The notes under the pieces are model-generated. The model saw nothing but the letters and a program-made list of their open reading frames with translations, was not told where the DNA came from and did not search any database. A stretch of 64,000 bases of DNA from Rickettsiales bacterium (GTDB lineage: Bacteria > Pseudomonadota > Alphaproteobacteria > Rs-D84), in NCBI GenBank assembly GCA_031288835.1, contig JAITQO010000016.1, positions 8,167 through 72,166 of the forward strand, read 5' to 3'. Position numbers and translations under genes: made by a program. This document shows, piece by piece, positions 7,048 to 16,161 of this stretch (position 1 is its first letter; every line of letters begins with the position of its first letter).

Positions 7048-9654
7048 TTACTTATTTTCTATCTCGATATCGTACTTTTTCTCTCTTTGTAAAAACGCAT
7101 CTTTAGAACCTTCCAACATTAAAATATCTTCCCTATGTGATAAGTTTTCAATAGAAGTCACCGATATATCGGTTTGAGTTTTTTCGGTAGAGTTTGGCTT
7201 TAACACAATCACCAGGTCGCTGTCTCCATTAACAACGATATTCGCATTATGTGTTGCAAATATTAGCTGGCGTTGTTTTTTGATAGACTTGATTATATTT
7301 ACCAAGTCTTTTGCTATCATCGGTTGGTCTAGGTGGGTTTCAGGTTCATCAATGATTAACGGTTTTGTCCCAAAAATCAATAGAACTAATAAGATTGCTG
7401 TCGCTCTTTGCCCAAAAGATAGCTTATCAAGCGACTTATCTTGGTATAAGATATCGTAGTTTATATAATCAGAATTATAAAAATACTTTAATAAATTCAA
7501 ATCATATATATCTTGATTTTCATTTTGTTGAAAATATTGCAATAGAATACCGTAAGTGTAATTTTTAGATTTAGTATTATCCAACGTTCTGGTATAAATT
7601 CCGTCAGCCGTAAGAACAATCGCAGATTCAAAATCAACATGAGCCCTAGTATCGATATTTTTAGAAATAAACTTGGCATAAAATTCCTTTTTCGCAACAT
7701 CGGTATTGTACGAATACTTGAAATTTAGGTCGCTAATTTCACTTTTGCTTTGCAGTTTCTTTATGTTTTGTACGGTAATGGCAAATATTTGCGTGAGCGC
7801 ATTTGTATAATCGGCATAAGCTAATTTTATCAAACGCGATAATTCTGTTGTACTTTTTATGCCTGATTTTAAACTTTTATTATTATTTTCGATTGTTGCA
7901 ATTTCTGCTGTAGTCTCTCTAAGCTCTTCTTCTGCATTGATAGAATTTTGAATTAGCTCTTCCGACAAACTGCGTTTTTCTAGATATGTCTTAAGGTCGG
8001 CCTTGTGTTTTGTTAACCCTAACAATAAATTCTTCTCTGTTTGTGATACGTCAGGCAATGGATTATCAGTTTTTATCGTTTGCAATGCTAGCACTATTTT
8101 CTTATACGATTCGCTATAACACGTATCGCCAACAACATCAATTGACAATGGAATCTTAACATTTCTGACTTCATTGATAATTTGGATATATGCGTCTTTT
8201 ACCTGCTTTATCTTTCCAAGCTCCTCAACCGCATTTTTTATGTTTTTTGATATTGATTGGTATTCTTCAGTACTCAAACCACTTATAATAGTTTCGTCTT
8301 TTTTCTTTATGTCATTTAAGGTTTTTAGTTTGACATTATTTTCTTTAATGGTGTTCAGATTTGATATAGCTACGTCTACTTCTTTCTGCAGTTTGCACAA
8401 TTCATCGCGAGGTTTGGTTAAAACATCAATAACCTTCGATAGCGGCATTGTTGGTTCTGGTTGATAGTCTTTTTTCTGCCAATACTCCTCTAATTTTTTT
8501 ATTATTTTATCATTTAACTTTGCGGGATCTCTATAAGAGCTTTCTATTTCATTTTGCCCAAAATATTCATAAATAGTATTTGGAATAGATACGCTGTTAT
8601 CTATATCTAACTCATTCATCCATGACAACTTATCGATATCTGAGATGTTTTCCTTCGCCAGACATTGAAGCAATAAGCTTTTTCCAGTACCTCGCCCTCC
8701 AATTATGCAGTTTAGACCAGGATTAAACGATATTTTCTGATTTACTCCTGAAAAACAAAATGGAATTTGTGAAATTGTTAAGCCGGCCTTGAACTTCAAA
8801 TCTATTTCTGTTATGTAGTCTAGAGCATCTATCGGAGATTCTATCGCAAGGCGAATTCTATTAACGTTGGGTAATAAAGCTTGGCGCAAAGTTTCAAATG
8901 CCGCATCTCCTTTTATCCAAGTAAAACTGCGCCCTATTTTATTACTGGCGTTCTCGGTACTATAATTGTGCGCGTCTGAGAAATGCAAATATGGTCGTTT
9001 ATACTGAGATTCGCATATCTTGTGATTGGATAACGCATTCTCAAGCGTTGGGCTCGCATTAGATAAAAATTTTATTTCTTCTAATAATGCAGACGGTATT
9101 TCACTAGGATTGCCTGTTAGATAATCAATGGTTGTAATATCGGCGAATTCGTTCTTACCATAAAATAAAATGATTTTTTTATCTAGCTTTTGTTTCTTTA
9201 ATTCATTACAAATATCGTCTTTTTTGTAAACCAATAAATGTTTATCCGTATAATTTGCATCATCCTGGCTAGGACTACTTGGACATGGGCGCAGCGCATT
9301 TATAAATCTGTCGATATCATTTTCGCATCCTTGGTCAAAGATGATATGCATATTTATATTTTTTCCGCCATCATTCGTCCACTCAATGCGATATTCAATT
9401 GCCGGTAGTATGAGCGCGATATTTTGCAACCTACCCTGTTTTTTGAATTCCAGGACTTTTTTGTATCCGTCCAATATTACATAATCACATATACCGATGA
9501 TGCTTCCGTCCGGATAGTTATTTTTATTTTCTAAATCCAGTATAAAAGATTCCCATTTGGTCTCGTTAGAATCTCCTGTAAAATTGTTATGACTGGAAAC
9601 CGGCGTATGTATATGCAAATCCCACTTCCGCCATTCTGAACCTCTATACGACAT
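7048..9654 (-). CDS. PHP-domain phosphoesterase fused to SbcC/Rad50-like ABC ATPase (Ppl/TrlF-like, from memory)
   Basis: N-terminus WRKWDLHIHTP (PHP HxH). Walker A GGRGTGKS. About 400 aa of Lys/Glu/Leu-rich, probably coiled-coil sequence. Signature/Walker B LSFGQRATAILLVLL...PLIIDEPETHLD, then ATHNANIVV. ATG 9654 has SD aaggtg; the track start GTG 9663 is an alternative. Codon usage is very AT-rich compared with neighbours. Confidence 0.75.
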   Translation of the reverse strand: MSYRGSEWRKWDLHIHTPVSSHNNFTGDSNETKWESFILDLENKNNYPDGSIIGICDYVILDGYKKVLEFKKQGRLQNIALILPAIEYRIEWTNDGGKNINMHIIFDQGCENDIDRFINALRPCPSSPSQDDANYTDKHLLVYKKDDICNELKKQKLDKKIILFYGKNEFADITTIDYLTGNPSEIPSALLEEIKFLSNASPTLENALSNHKICESQYKRPYLHFSDAHNYSTENASNKIGRSFTWIKGDAAFETLRQALLPNVNRIRLAIESPIDALDYITEIDLKFKAGLTISQIPFCFSGVNQKISFNPGLNCIIGGRGTGKSLLLQCLAKENISDIDKLSWMNELDIDNSVSIPNTIYEYFGQNEIESSYRDPAKLNDKIIKKLEEYWQKKDYQPEPTMPLSKVIDVLTKPRDELCKLQKEVDVAISNLNTIKENNVKLKTLNDIKKKDETIISGLSTEEYQSISKNIKNAVEELGKIKQVKDAYIQIINEVRNVKIPLSIDVVGDTCYSESYKKIVLALQTIKTDNPLPDVSQTEKNLLLGLTKHKADLKTYLEKRSLSEELIQNSINAEEELRETTAEIATIENNNKSLKSGIKSTTELSRLIKLAYADYTNALTQIFAITVQNIKKLQSKSEISDLNFKYSYNTDVAKKEFYAKFISKNIDTRAHVDFESAIVLTADGIYTRTLDNTKSKNYTYGILLQYFQQNENQDIYDLNLLKYFYNSDYINYDILYQDKSLDKLSFGQRATAILLVLLIFGTKPLIIDEPETHLDQPMIAKDLVNIIKSIKKQRQLIFATHNANIVVNGDSDLVIVLKPNSTEKTQTDISVTSIENLSHREDILMLEGSKDAFLQREKKYDIEIENK

Positions 9655-9669
9655 TCTGTACACCTTAAC

Positions 9670-10659
9670 CTATTTTTTCGCAAACAGCGTTTCGGATGGC
9701 TTCCAGTCTTTGGCCATCTCGTCGGCCTTTTCAAGCCACTTGCGAATCCTGTCTTTCGGAGAAACAGACTCGCTCCAATACTCTACAAACAATTCGTCAT
9801 CCATGACCAACGCGGCCTTTTTCATATCGTCTTCCAACAACTGCAAAGCCCGTGCTATGTAGATTCCGCCTTCGTCGTCATTGAACGGATTGGCGACGCT
9901 TCCGGCGGAAAACAAATCTCGCGCCTGATGGCACAGAACGCCGTGATACGTAAGCAGATAGAGAACCGCGTCATCGTATTTGTTTTTTGCGCCGCTAGGT
10001 TTGACCACGCTTGGGCAAAGCAAAACCGCTTCCGCTCGAAGACGAGTTTTTTCTTCCATCGGCAGATGCGTGTAAAGCCGCACCTGTATCGGCAAGGTAT
10101 GCTCGTCATTCTCTTTGTCTTCCAGCCACCACAGACGCTCGCCTTGCTGCAATCTTCCGCGAGCATAGCCGCGAATATGGCGCATCTTGTCTTCCATCGA
10201 CATTTTCCTAAAATCGTCGTACTTAACGCCCATCAGCTCGAACAGCGGATGCTCGGTGGACAATTCGACCTCGAACCTTGGAACATGGGACGTGCGGACA
10301 TGGCAGACGCTTTTTTCATAATCTCCCCACCGAACCTCCGGCTTACCGCCCATCTTTCCAAAAACCAAATAAACCTTTTTGACGCTTTCGATGCGATTGG
10401 TTTCAAGAACGCTGTTGGCCACGCTCCGCCATGCGTCGTTCAGAGTAAATTTTACTTCGACGCCGAAATCGCCCATATCCACATCGGGAAAAGCTTGCGG
10501 ATGCGGATTGAAGTCCACAGAATAGCCGGACAAATCGCGCAGGACTTCTCTGACCCTGTTCTCAAAAACAGCGGGCGCATTGAATCGCCCTTCTTTTGCC
10601 TCCGCTGTCAGCCGCTCGCACGCCCTGCCGAGCAGCTGTTCGAATTCTTCCTGCTTCAT
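9670..10659 (-). CDS. type II restriction endonuclease candidate (PD-(D/E)xK)
   Basis: FPDVDMGDFGVEVKF is a PD...ExK motif. ATGA 4-nt overlap with the upstream C5-methyltransferase gene. Confidence 0.65.
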   Translation of the reverse strand: MKQEEFEQLLGRACERLTAEAKEGRFNAPAVFENRVREVLRDLSGYSVDFNPHPQAFPDVDMGDFGVEVKFTLNDAWRSVANSVLETNRIESVKKVYLVFGKMGGKPEVRWGDYEKSVCHVRTSHVPRFEVELSTEHPLFELMGVKYDDFRKMSMEDKMRHIRGYARGRLQQGERLWWLEDKENDEHTLPIQVRLYTHLPMEEKTRLRAEAVLLCPSVVKPSGAKNKYDDAVLYLLTYHGVLCHQARDLFSAGSVANPFNDDEGGIYIARALQLLEDDMKKAALVMDDELFVEYWSESVSPKDRIRKWLEKADEMAKDWKPSETLFAKK

Positions 10660-11594
10660 GTTTCATCCCCTGTTAGTATAGATTCTACCGATTGCGCCAC
10701 GTGCCAAGCCAAGACCGGAGGCACGGCGTTTCCTATCTGACGCTCCGTTTCCCTCAGCTTTGACGCGAACAGAAAGGAATCTGGGAAAGATTGTATCCTT
10801 GCGGCTTCGCGCATAGAAATTCTGCGCGGCAAAGAATAATGAAACTGGATATTGCCATGGCACTCCGCGCGCATCGTGTATCCAGGCCTATCGGCTTTCA
10901 GCTTGCGATTGCCTTGCTCGGTGGTTTTATTGGCCGCGCTCCATATATGGCTGAAAGCTTCATTCTGCGGCATATCCTCAAGGTCTGCTAATGCATTCTT
11001 GGCCGTAACCGGCTTTGCGCCTAGCGGCCTTGGCGGCGTGAATTTCGGAATATCTTTTCTTGTTCCGACAATCATAACTCTTTCCCGCGTCTGCGGCACG
11101 CCGTAGTCTGCGGCATGATAAAGGTTATAGGTTACGTCATACCCTAATGCGCGAAAATCTTTCAGAATCTTTTCCAAATCTTTTTCATGACACTTCATCA
11201 GCAAGCTTTTGACATTTTCTGCGATAAAAACTTTCGGTTTCAATTTGCGGACGATTTCAACCATGTACGAATACAGGCCGCTTCTCGCGCCCGCTATGCC
11301 CGCCATTTTCCCATTTATGGATATGTCTTGGCATGGGAACCCACCGATAACGACATCAGCGTATTCAGGCAGTTTATCCATAATCTGCGTTATATCCCCC
11401 TCAACTATATGGCCGCTTATGTTGCGGCGATAGGTATCGCACGCGGCGCGGTTGATTTCGTTCGCCCAAATAACCTCGAAGCGATTCTTTTTGTAATGCT
11501 TGCCCAAGAAATCAAAACCGCCGACAAAGCCCAAGTCCATGCCGCCGCATCCGGAAAAAAGCGATAAAATTGTTATTGGTTTCTTGTCGGTCAT
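10656..11594 (-). CDS. dcm: DNA (cytosine-5)-methyltransferase
   Basis: Motifs LSLFSGCGGMDLGF (I), GGFPCQDIS (IV), AENV (VI), QTRERV (VIII), GNAVPPVLA (X). ATG 11594 is preceded by ggag; the track start 11615 is less likely. Confidence 0.9.
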   Translation of the reverse strand: MTDKKPITILSLFSGCGGMDLGFVGGFDFLGKHYKKNRFEVIWANEINRAACDTYRRNISGHIVEGDITQIMDKLPEYADVVIGGFPCQDISINGKMAGIAGARSGLYSYMVEIVRKLKPKVFIAENVKSLLMKCHEKDLEKILKDFRALGYDVTYNLYHAADYGVPQTRERVMIVGTRKDIPKFTPPRPLGAKPVTAKNALADLEDMPQNEAFSHIWSAANKTTEQGNRKLKADRPGYTMRAECHGNIQFHYSLPRRISMREAARIQSFPDSFLFASKLRETERQIGNAVPPVLAWHVAQSVESILTGDET

Positions 11595-11652
11595 ACGCGC
11601 TCCTCTACAATACATATGTTATATGCTTTGTTGTTTTTTTTCAAGTCCTAAA

Positions 11653-11973
11653 TCAGCATTCGTCGGTCAACATAACCGATAAAATTCTGCGGTTTTTTGA
11701 TGAATTGTCCGGATTTGCGCTGATTCTCTGAGATTGCGCCTCTAGGCAGTCGATTTGGAATAAAATCGTTCTGCCGGACAGATTAAAGAATCCAAAATCA
11801 TGCTCATCGCTAGGATTGCCCCCGAAGTCATCAAACTCCATTATCTTTTTAATGGCCGCTATCTGCGTTCGCGGCGACAGAGCGCGAACTCCTTGCGTGA
11901 AAAATACCTGCCCATCGGACAGAGTGCGCCGGAATTCATCATTAAGCTTTCTTATTTTTAGCACGTCGCGCAT
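11653..11973 (-). CDS. DUF3768-like protein
   Basis: IRKLNDEFRRT...SDEHDFGFF...RILSVMLTDEC resembles DUF3768. ATG 11973 has SD aaagga; the track start is a TTG at 11997. Confidence 0.65.
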   Translation of the reverse strand: MRDVLKIRKLNDEFRRTLSDGQVFFTQGVRALSPRTQIAAIKKIMEFDDFGGNPSDEHDFGFFNLSGRTILFQIDCLEAQSQRISANPDNSSKNRRILSVMLTDEC

Positions 11974-12000
11974 ATTAAATTCCTTTCGTTGTTGCAATGA

Positions 12001-12040
12001 ATGCTTACGATTCGGCTTAAGTCAAGTCTATTAGTACGGA
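12001..12040 (-). promoter_or_regulatory. conserved island promoter/operator element, copy A
   Basis: 33/40 ungapped identity with 14661..14700. Contains TTGACT flanked by ACTAAT...(A)ATCGT. Ends 27 nt upstream of the DUF3768 ATG. Confidence 0.55.
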
Positions 12041-12200
12041 CATTCATCTTTAAGCTTGTCATCGTGTGTCGCATTGAGTCGTTTTGCGACCATTGCTGGT
12101 AGTGGCAACAGAAAAAATCCCTATTATATTAACTGCAACAAGCCGACTGACGCTATTGCGTTGGTCATAAATTAACAATGGCAATCAAGGAGAAAATACC

Positions 12201-12575
12201 ATGCCAAAAAATTCAATAAAAGAAAAAAATGAAAGGAAAATCCGCTCGGACAGAATGCATTCCACAATAAAGAAACCTCAAGGGCTCATTACTAACGAAC
12301 ACGCATGGAATGGCAACAAGTTGTTGCGTGAGCTCCCGCCGTATACGATAAAGCAGTCCGTAAAAAAGGACTGCCAACTAGCTTTTGTAAAGGCGATACA
12401 GCTTGAAGCTCAAAAAATTTTTGAAGAGGTGAAACAGGCGGCCTCGCTTTTGGGCAAGAACCAAACTCTAGAGATTTGGGGTCTGATGATAAATATCGCC
12501 ACTTGTTGCGATGAGATAAAACGGGACGTAGATGCCGTTCAAAGCATCACGCCTTGGAATGAAATCGGCGGATAA
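12201..12575 (+). CDS. hypothetical protein
   Basis: ORF with SD aaggag 8 nt upstream; no recognisable motif. Confidence 0.5.
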   Translation: MPKNSIKEKNERKIRSDRMHSTIKKPQGLITNEHAWNGNKLLRELPPYTIKQSVKKDCQLAFVKAIQLEAQKIFEEVKQAASLLGKNQTLEIWGLMINIATCCDEIKRDVDAVQSITPWNEIGG

Positions 12576-12631
12576 GAACAACAACACTACCGCCGTGCCA
12601 ACGGCGGTAGGTACAAACAAAGGAAAAAATT

Positions 12632-13054
12632 ATGGAAAATTCAGAATATAAGGTAGGCAAAAATCGCCCACCGATAGAGACACGCTTCAAGCCAGGGGTT
12701 TGTCCGAACCCCTTGGGGCGCAAGAAAGGGACGCTTTCTTTGACCACCATCTTGCAAAAGATTCTCGACCAGAAAATCACCCTGTCCGAGAATGGCAACA
12801 AGGTGCGAGTTAGTAAAAGGCAGGCCGTTACCATGAGATTGGTGGCCGAGGCACTTGCGGGCAAACCGCGAGCCATTGCTCTTTTATTGCCCATCATAAA
12901 TACCGCCGATGAAAAACGCGAGGCGCAGGAAGCGGTCACAAAATCCATGTCAAAAACAGACCAAGAAATACCTAGCCGAACACAAGGGAGGAAACAATGT
13001 TTAAGAAAATTAAGGGGCTTAATGCCAAGCAACAGCTGTACGTTAATTTTATGA
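12632..13054 (+). CDS. DUF5681-like protein (phage small-terminase-associated family)
   Basis: KVGKNRPPIETRFKPGVCPNPLGRKKG matches the DUF5681 N-terminal signature as I recall it. Lies directly upstream of the TerL fragment. Confidence 0.6.
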   Translation: MENSEYKVGKNRPPIETRFKPGVCPNPLGRKKGTLSLTTILQKILDQKITLSENGNKVRVSKRQAVTMRLVAEALAGKPRAIALLLPIINTADEKREAQEAVTKSMSKTDQEIPSRTQGRKQCLRKLRGLMPSNSCTLIL

Positions 13055-13208
13055 ATGTTCAGTCTCGCAAGCGCGAGGAGGAAGAGGAGAAGGAAGAAAT
13101 AGTTTCGGCGGGCTTTCCAGAATCTTTAGCAGAACGTCGTCGCCGCTTGCTTAGAGGCGACAAGTTCGCATCGCGCACGACGTTCCGAAAAATAAAACGG
13201 AGCGCGTC

Positions 13209-13430
13209 ATGAATAACGTTGTCTCGCCTCAAGATTTCCTCTCGGCCATCTTCCGTGACGACCCTGTCAGTTTTGTCCGCAAGGTATTTGCCGAAGTATC
13301 GGGAGCTTCCACATATCAACACAACTGGCACATCGAACATATTATCGCGCACCTGCTAGATATGCGTGATGGCCACTACAATCGTGAAGTGATAAACATC
13401 CCTCCCCGCGCACTCAAATCCATGCCCCAA
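13209..13430 (+). pseudogene. terminase large-subunit N-terminal fragment
   Basis: ...HNWHIEHIIAHLLDMRDGHYNREVINIPPRALKSM resembles the TerL N-terminus up to the PPRxxKS ATPase loop. Beyond about 13430 the ORF runs antisense to minus-strand genes and loses similarity. ORF 12997..13212 may be a frameshifted upstream piece. Confidence 0.5.
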
Positions 13431-13562
13431 GATATAGAACACGTTGCCCTCCGGACTGGCGAGGTCTATGACCACGCCAGTCGGGACACGCGCCCCATCT
13501 ATTATTTCCTGCTGTTTCTTCGCGGCGGCGAGTTTTCTTTCAATAGAGTATATGTTTTCCAT
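13356..13562 (-). CDS. small hypothetical phage-like protein
   Basis: 68-aa ORF. IDLASPEGNVFYILG resembles a small phage protein family. Its 3' end overlaps the TerL remnant. Confidence 0.3.
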   Translation of the reverse strand: MENIYSIERKLAAAKKQQEIIDGARVPTGVVIDLASPEGNVFYILGHGFECAGRDVYHFTIVVAITHI

Positions 13563-13574
13563 AGTTTTTCCTTT

Positions 13575-14192
13575 TTATCCACGGGCGTAGTAGTAGCTCC
13601 ACCACTGCCTCATTTCCTCGATGGTCAGCTTGGCGATGTTATGCAACACCTTGCCGCTTGTGATTTGGCCTTGCATATCAACCAAGCGGTCTGCCAAGTG
13701 GCGGCCAATGCGATTGTCCAAGAACCGCATAATCTCGAAATCCTTTTTCTCCGGATACAGGGACTTGATTTTTCCGACCATCTCCAACCAAATCTTTTTG
13801 GTCACGGCCTCGGAGAATCCGCCTGCCGACCTAATCGTTCCGTAGAATCCCCATTCGGGATTCTGAGTGTTCACGACCGCCGTCCGTTTTCCGGTAATTT
13901 CGATTCCGACATAGCGGGCGTAGTCATAGCCCTCCGGATTTATCAGAAGCGATGGGCGACCTTTCGATGTGACGCGAATCCATTTGTCATCGCCGCCCTT
14001 GCGCGAGATGAATGAGAAGGTGTCGAAGAAGTTATCGATGAGCGCGTCATAGTTCTTTTTATCAAGGTCGATGGTTTCGACCACCACGACCAATTCTATG
14101 TCGTCAATCGAACGCGCCTTGGTTTGTTTTTCAAGGTCGTCCATGTCGATTGGCTTGCGGATGATTATTGCTTGTGCTTTTTCTTTTGGCAT
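13575..14192 (-). CDS. hypothetical protein
   Basis: 205-aa ORF, separated by 2 nt from the upstream DUF2924 gene; no recognised motif. Confidence 0.5.
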   Translation of the reverse strand: MPKEKAQAIIIRKPIDMDDLEKQTKARSIDDIELVVVVETIDLDKKNYDALIDNFFDTFSFISRKGGDDKWIRVTSKGRPSLLINPEGYDYARYVGIEITGKRTAVVNTQNPEWGFYGTIRSAGGFSEAVTKKIWLEMVGKIKSLYPEKKDFEIMRFLDNRIGRHLADRLVDMQGQITSGKVLHNIAKLTIEEMRQWWSYYYARG

Positions 14193-14194
14193 TT

Positions 14195-14632
14195 TTATGC
14201 TCCTTTGTTGTTGAACCCGAAGAAGTCATAGCCCGACACCTTGTGACCGCAGATGAGCGTTGCGATGGCGGACAGACTCTTGTAGGTTTGGTTTTCATAG
14301 TTGAACTCGTCGGGCGCGGTCACATGAACCATGTAATCCTTGCCCTTGAATTTTTTCAGCAGTTGCGTCCCTGGCTTCACGTGGTACTTGGTCTTGTGCG
14401 ACCGCTCTATGCTCTCGTCCGGATTCTCGGAACAGGCATTTAGCTTCGTGACGTGCTTCTGCTCGATGACGAGGCCGCCGCGCTCGCATTGAATCTTGAA
14501 CCACAGCGGTTTGAACTGCGGACGACCGGACGCGAAGTATCGCGCCCACAATTCCTGCAACTGGGATGGAGACAGCGACTTTAATTTCGCCGCCGATTCC
14601 GGCAGGTTTTCAATGCATTTTTTGACTTTCAT
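14195..14632 (-). CDS. DUF2924-like protein
   Basis: ...SPSQLQELWARYF...VKPGTQLLKKFKGKDYMVHV...YKSLSAIATLICGHKVSGYDFFGF matches the DUF2924 pattern. SD aaggag. Confidence 0.7.
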   Translation of the reverse strand: MKVKKCIENLPESAAKLKSLSPSQLQELWARYFASGRPQFKPLWFKIQCERGGLVIEQKHVTKLNACSENPDESIERSHKTKYHVKPGTQLLKKFKGKDYMVHVTAPDEFNYENQTYKSLSAIATLICGHKVSGYDFFGFNNKGA

Positions 14633-14660
14633 AATCGACTCCTTGGTTACACCACAATCA

Positions 14661-14700
14661 ATGCTTACTAATCGGGCTAAGTCAAATCTATTAGTGCGAA
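14661..14700 (-). promoter_or_regulatory. conserved island promoter/operator element, copy B
   Basis: ACTAATagatTTGACTTagcccgATTAGTAAGCAT (minus-strand reading). Ends 28 nt upstream of the DUF2924 ATG. Confidence 0.55.
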
Positions 14701-14721
14701 AAGCGCAGAAAGCCCCTTTCG

Positions 14722-16038
14722 TTATCCCTCGCGCTTGGCGCGATGTTCCGCCAACAGCTCGTCATACTTCCTGCCGCTTGCCGCATGGATGACATCGCCG
14801 CCGAAGCATTGCTGATAGCGGCGGATTATCGTGTCCACGTACAATCCCTCGTATTCTATGCCGTAAAAAACGCGCTTGGCCTTTTCGCAGGCGATAAGGC
14901 ACGAACCACTTCCGGCAAAACTATCAAGAACAATATCGCCGCGATTGCTGACATCTAAAATGGCCGAGCGCAGGAGTTTTTCCGGCTTGCTAGTCGGGTG
15001 CATTTTGAGCGCGGCTTTATTCTTGCCAAAGACGTTCACGCCATAGCAAGACCAAACGTTGCTACGCACGCGCCCTGTCGAACCGAGGAGTACATTATTG
15101 ACATGGCTTTCTTTGCCGTTCTTGAAGACGTGAATTTCTTCGTACTGACTGCGCCACAGCGAACCCGTTCCAGGGACGATTTTGTCCCATATGCATTTGT
15201 TGACGTAGCCGGAGAACACGGCGCGTCCCGCCGAGAGGATATGCCACCCGTGCCGCCAATCCATGAAATTCAGGTGCAACGAGCCATCGGTGGAATACTT
15301 GGCGCACAGGCGGAAATTTGACGTGAGGAAATCGACGAATTCTCCATCGTTCATCTCGCCGGACGCAAAGGCGAATTCCTTGTGCTTTGTTTCGCCTGCG
15401 CCGCATACATGGCCTTGCACCTTGACGTTGAACGGCGGGTCTTGCACGCACAGGTTCGCTTTCTTGTCGCCGAATAGGATTTGGAACGATTCCTCTTTCA
15501 AACTGTCGCCATGATAGAGGCGATGGTCGTTGGGAAAAAGCCAAAGGTCGCCCATGACGGACACAACATCGTTTTCTTCTATCAGCGGCGCGGAGTTCAG
15601 TTTCGGGTCTTCCTCCTTCTGCTCTTGTATAAGGTCAAGCTTCACGGAATCATATCCGCTGAGCTCGATTTCGATGTCAATATCCGCGCAAGCCAATTCC
15701 AGTTCTTCAAGCTCGATCTTGAGCAACTGCTCGTCCGTTTTTCCTAACTCCCCAAGGCGGTTGCTTGCCAGTGCCTGCAGTCGCGCCTTTACATCGCCGA
15801 GGTCTGCATACATGACAGGGATGCTTTCCAATTCCAAAAGCTTGGCCGCCTCCCATCGGCAATGGCCGGATATTATTTCGCCGTCCGGCTTTGCGAGGAT
15901 TGGCTCGTTAAATCCCAATTGGCTGATGATTTCACTTGTTTTCTGAATCTGCCCTTTTGAATGCTTTTTTACGTTTCGCAGAGATGGGCGGAGAGTCGAT
16001 GGGTTCACATATTTAATTTCTAAATCGTTTGTTTTCAT
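14722..16038 (-). CDS. ParB-like N-terminal domain fused to beta-class N6A/N4C DNA methyltransferase (orphan)
   Basis: ParB-like N-terminus (...NPSTLRPSLRNVKKHSKGQI...PILAKPDGEIISGHCRWEAA). Motif IV VQDPPFNV comes before motif I VLDSFAGSGS, which is the beta-class order. Confidence 0.8.
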   Translation of the reverse strand: MKTNDLEIKYVNPSTLRPSLRNVKKHSKGQIQKTSEIISQLGFNEPILAKPDGEIISGHCRWEAAKLLELESIPVMYADLGDVKARLQALASNRLGELGKTDEQLLKIELEELELACADIDIEIELSGYDSVKLDLIQEQKEEDPKLNSAPLIEENDVVSVMGDLWLFPNDHRLYHGDSLKEESFQILFGDKKANLCVQDPPFNVKVQGHVCGAGETKHKEFAFASGEMNDGEFVDFLTSNFRLCAKYSTDGSLHLNFMDWRHGWHILSAGRAVFSGYVNKCIWDKIVPGTGSLWRSQYEEIHVFKNGKESHVNNVLLGSTGRVRSNVWSCYGVNVFGKNKAALKMHPTSKPEKLLRSAILDVSNRGDIVLDSFAGSGSCLIACEKAKRVFYGIEYEGLYVDTIIRRYQQCFGGDVIHAASGRKYDELLAEHRAKREG

Positions 16039-16131
16039 AATAACACCTTTTTGTTTTTATTAGGTGTAATATAATTCTAGGGAAATTTATCCGCCACTGC
16101 CGATGATGGTCGTAATGCGACATTAAGAGAC

Positions 16132-16155
16132 AAAAACGCCGGTCTTGCGACCGGC
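16132..16155 (-). terminator. Rho-independent terminator after HTH gene
   Basis: Minus-strand reading GCCGGTC-gcaa-GACCGGC followed by GTTTTTG. Confidence 0.6.
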
Positions 16156-16161
16156 GAATTG

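Noticed and set aside
13431-14015. Remainder of the 268-aa plus-strand ORF 13209..14015.
   Set aside because: Beyond the TerL-like N-terminus it is antisense to the better-supported minus-strand genes 13356..13562 and 13575..14192, and it has no recognisable similarity.
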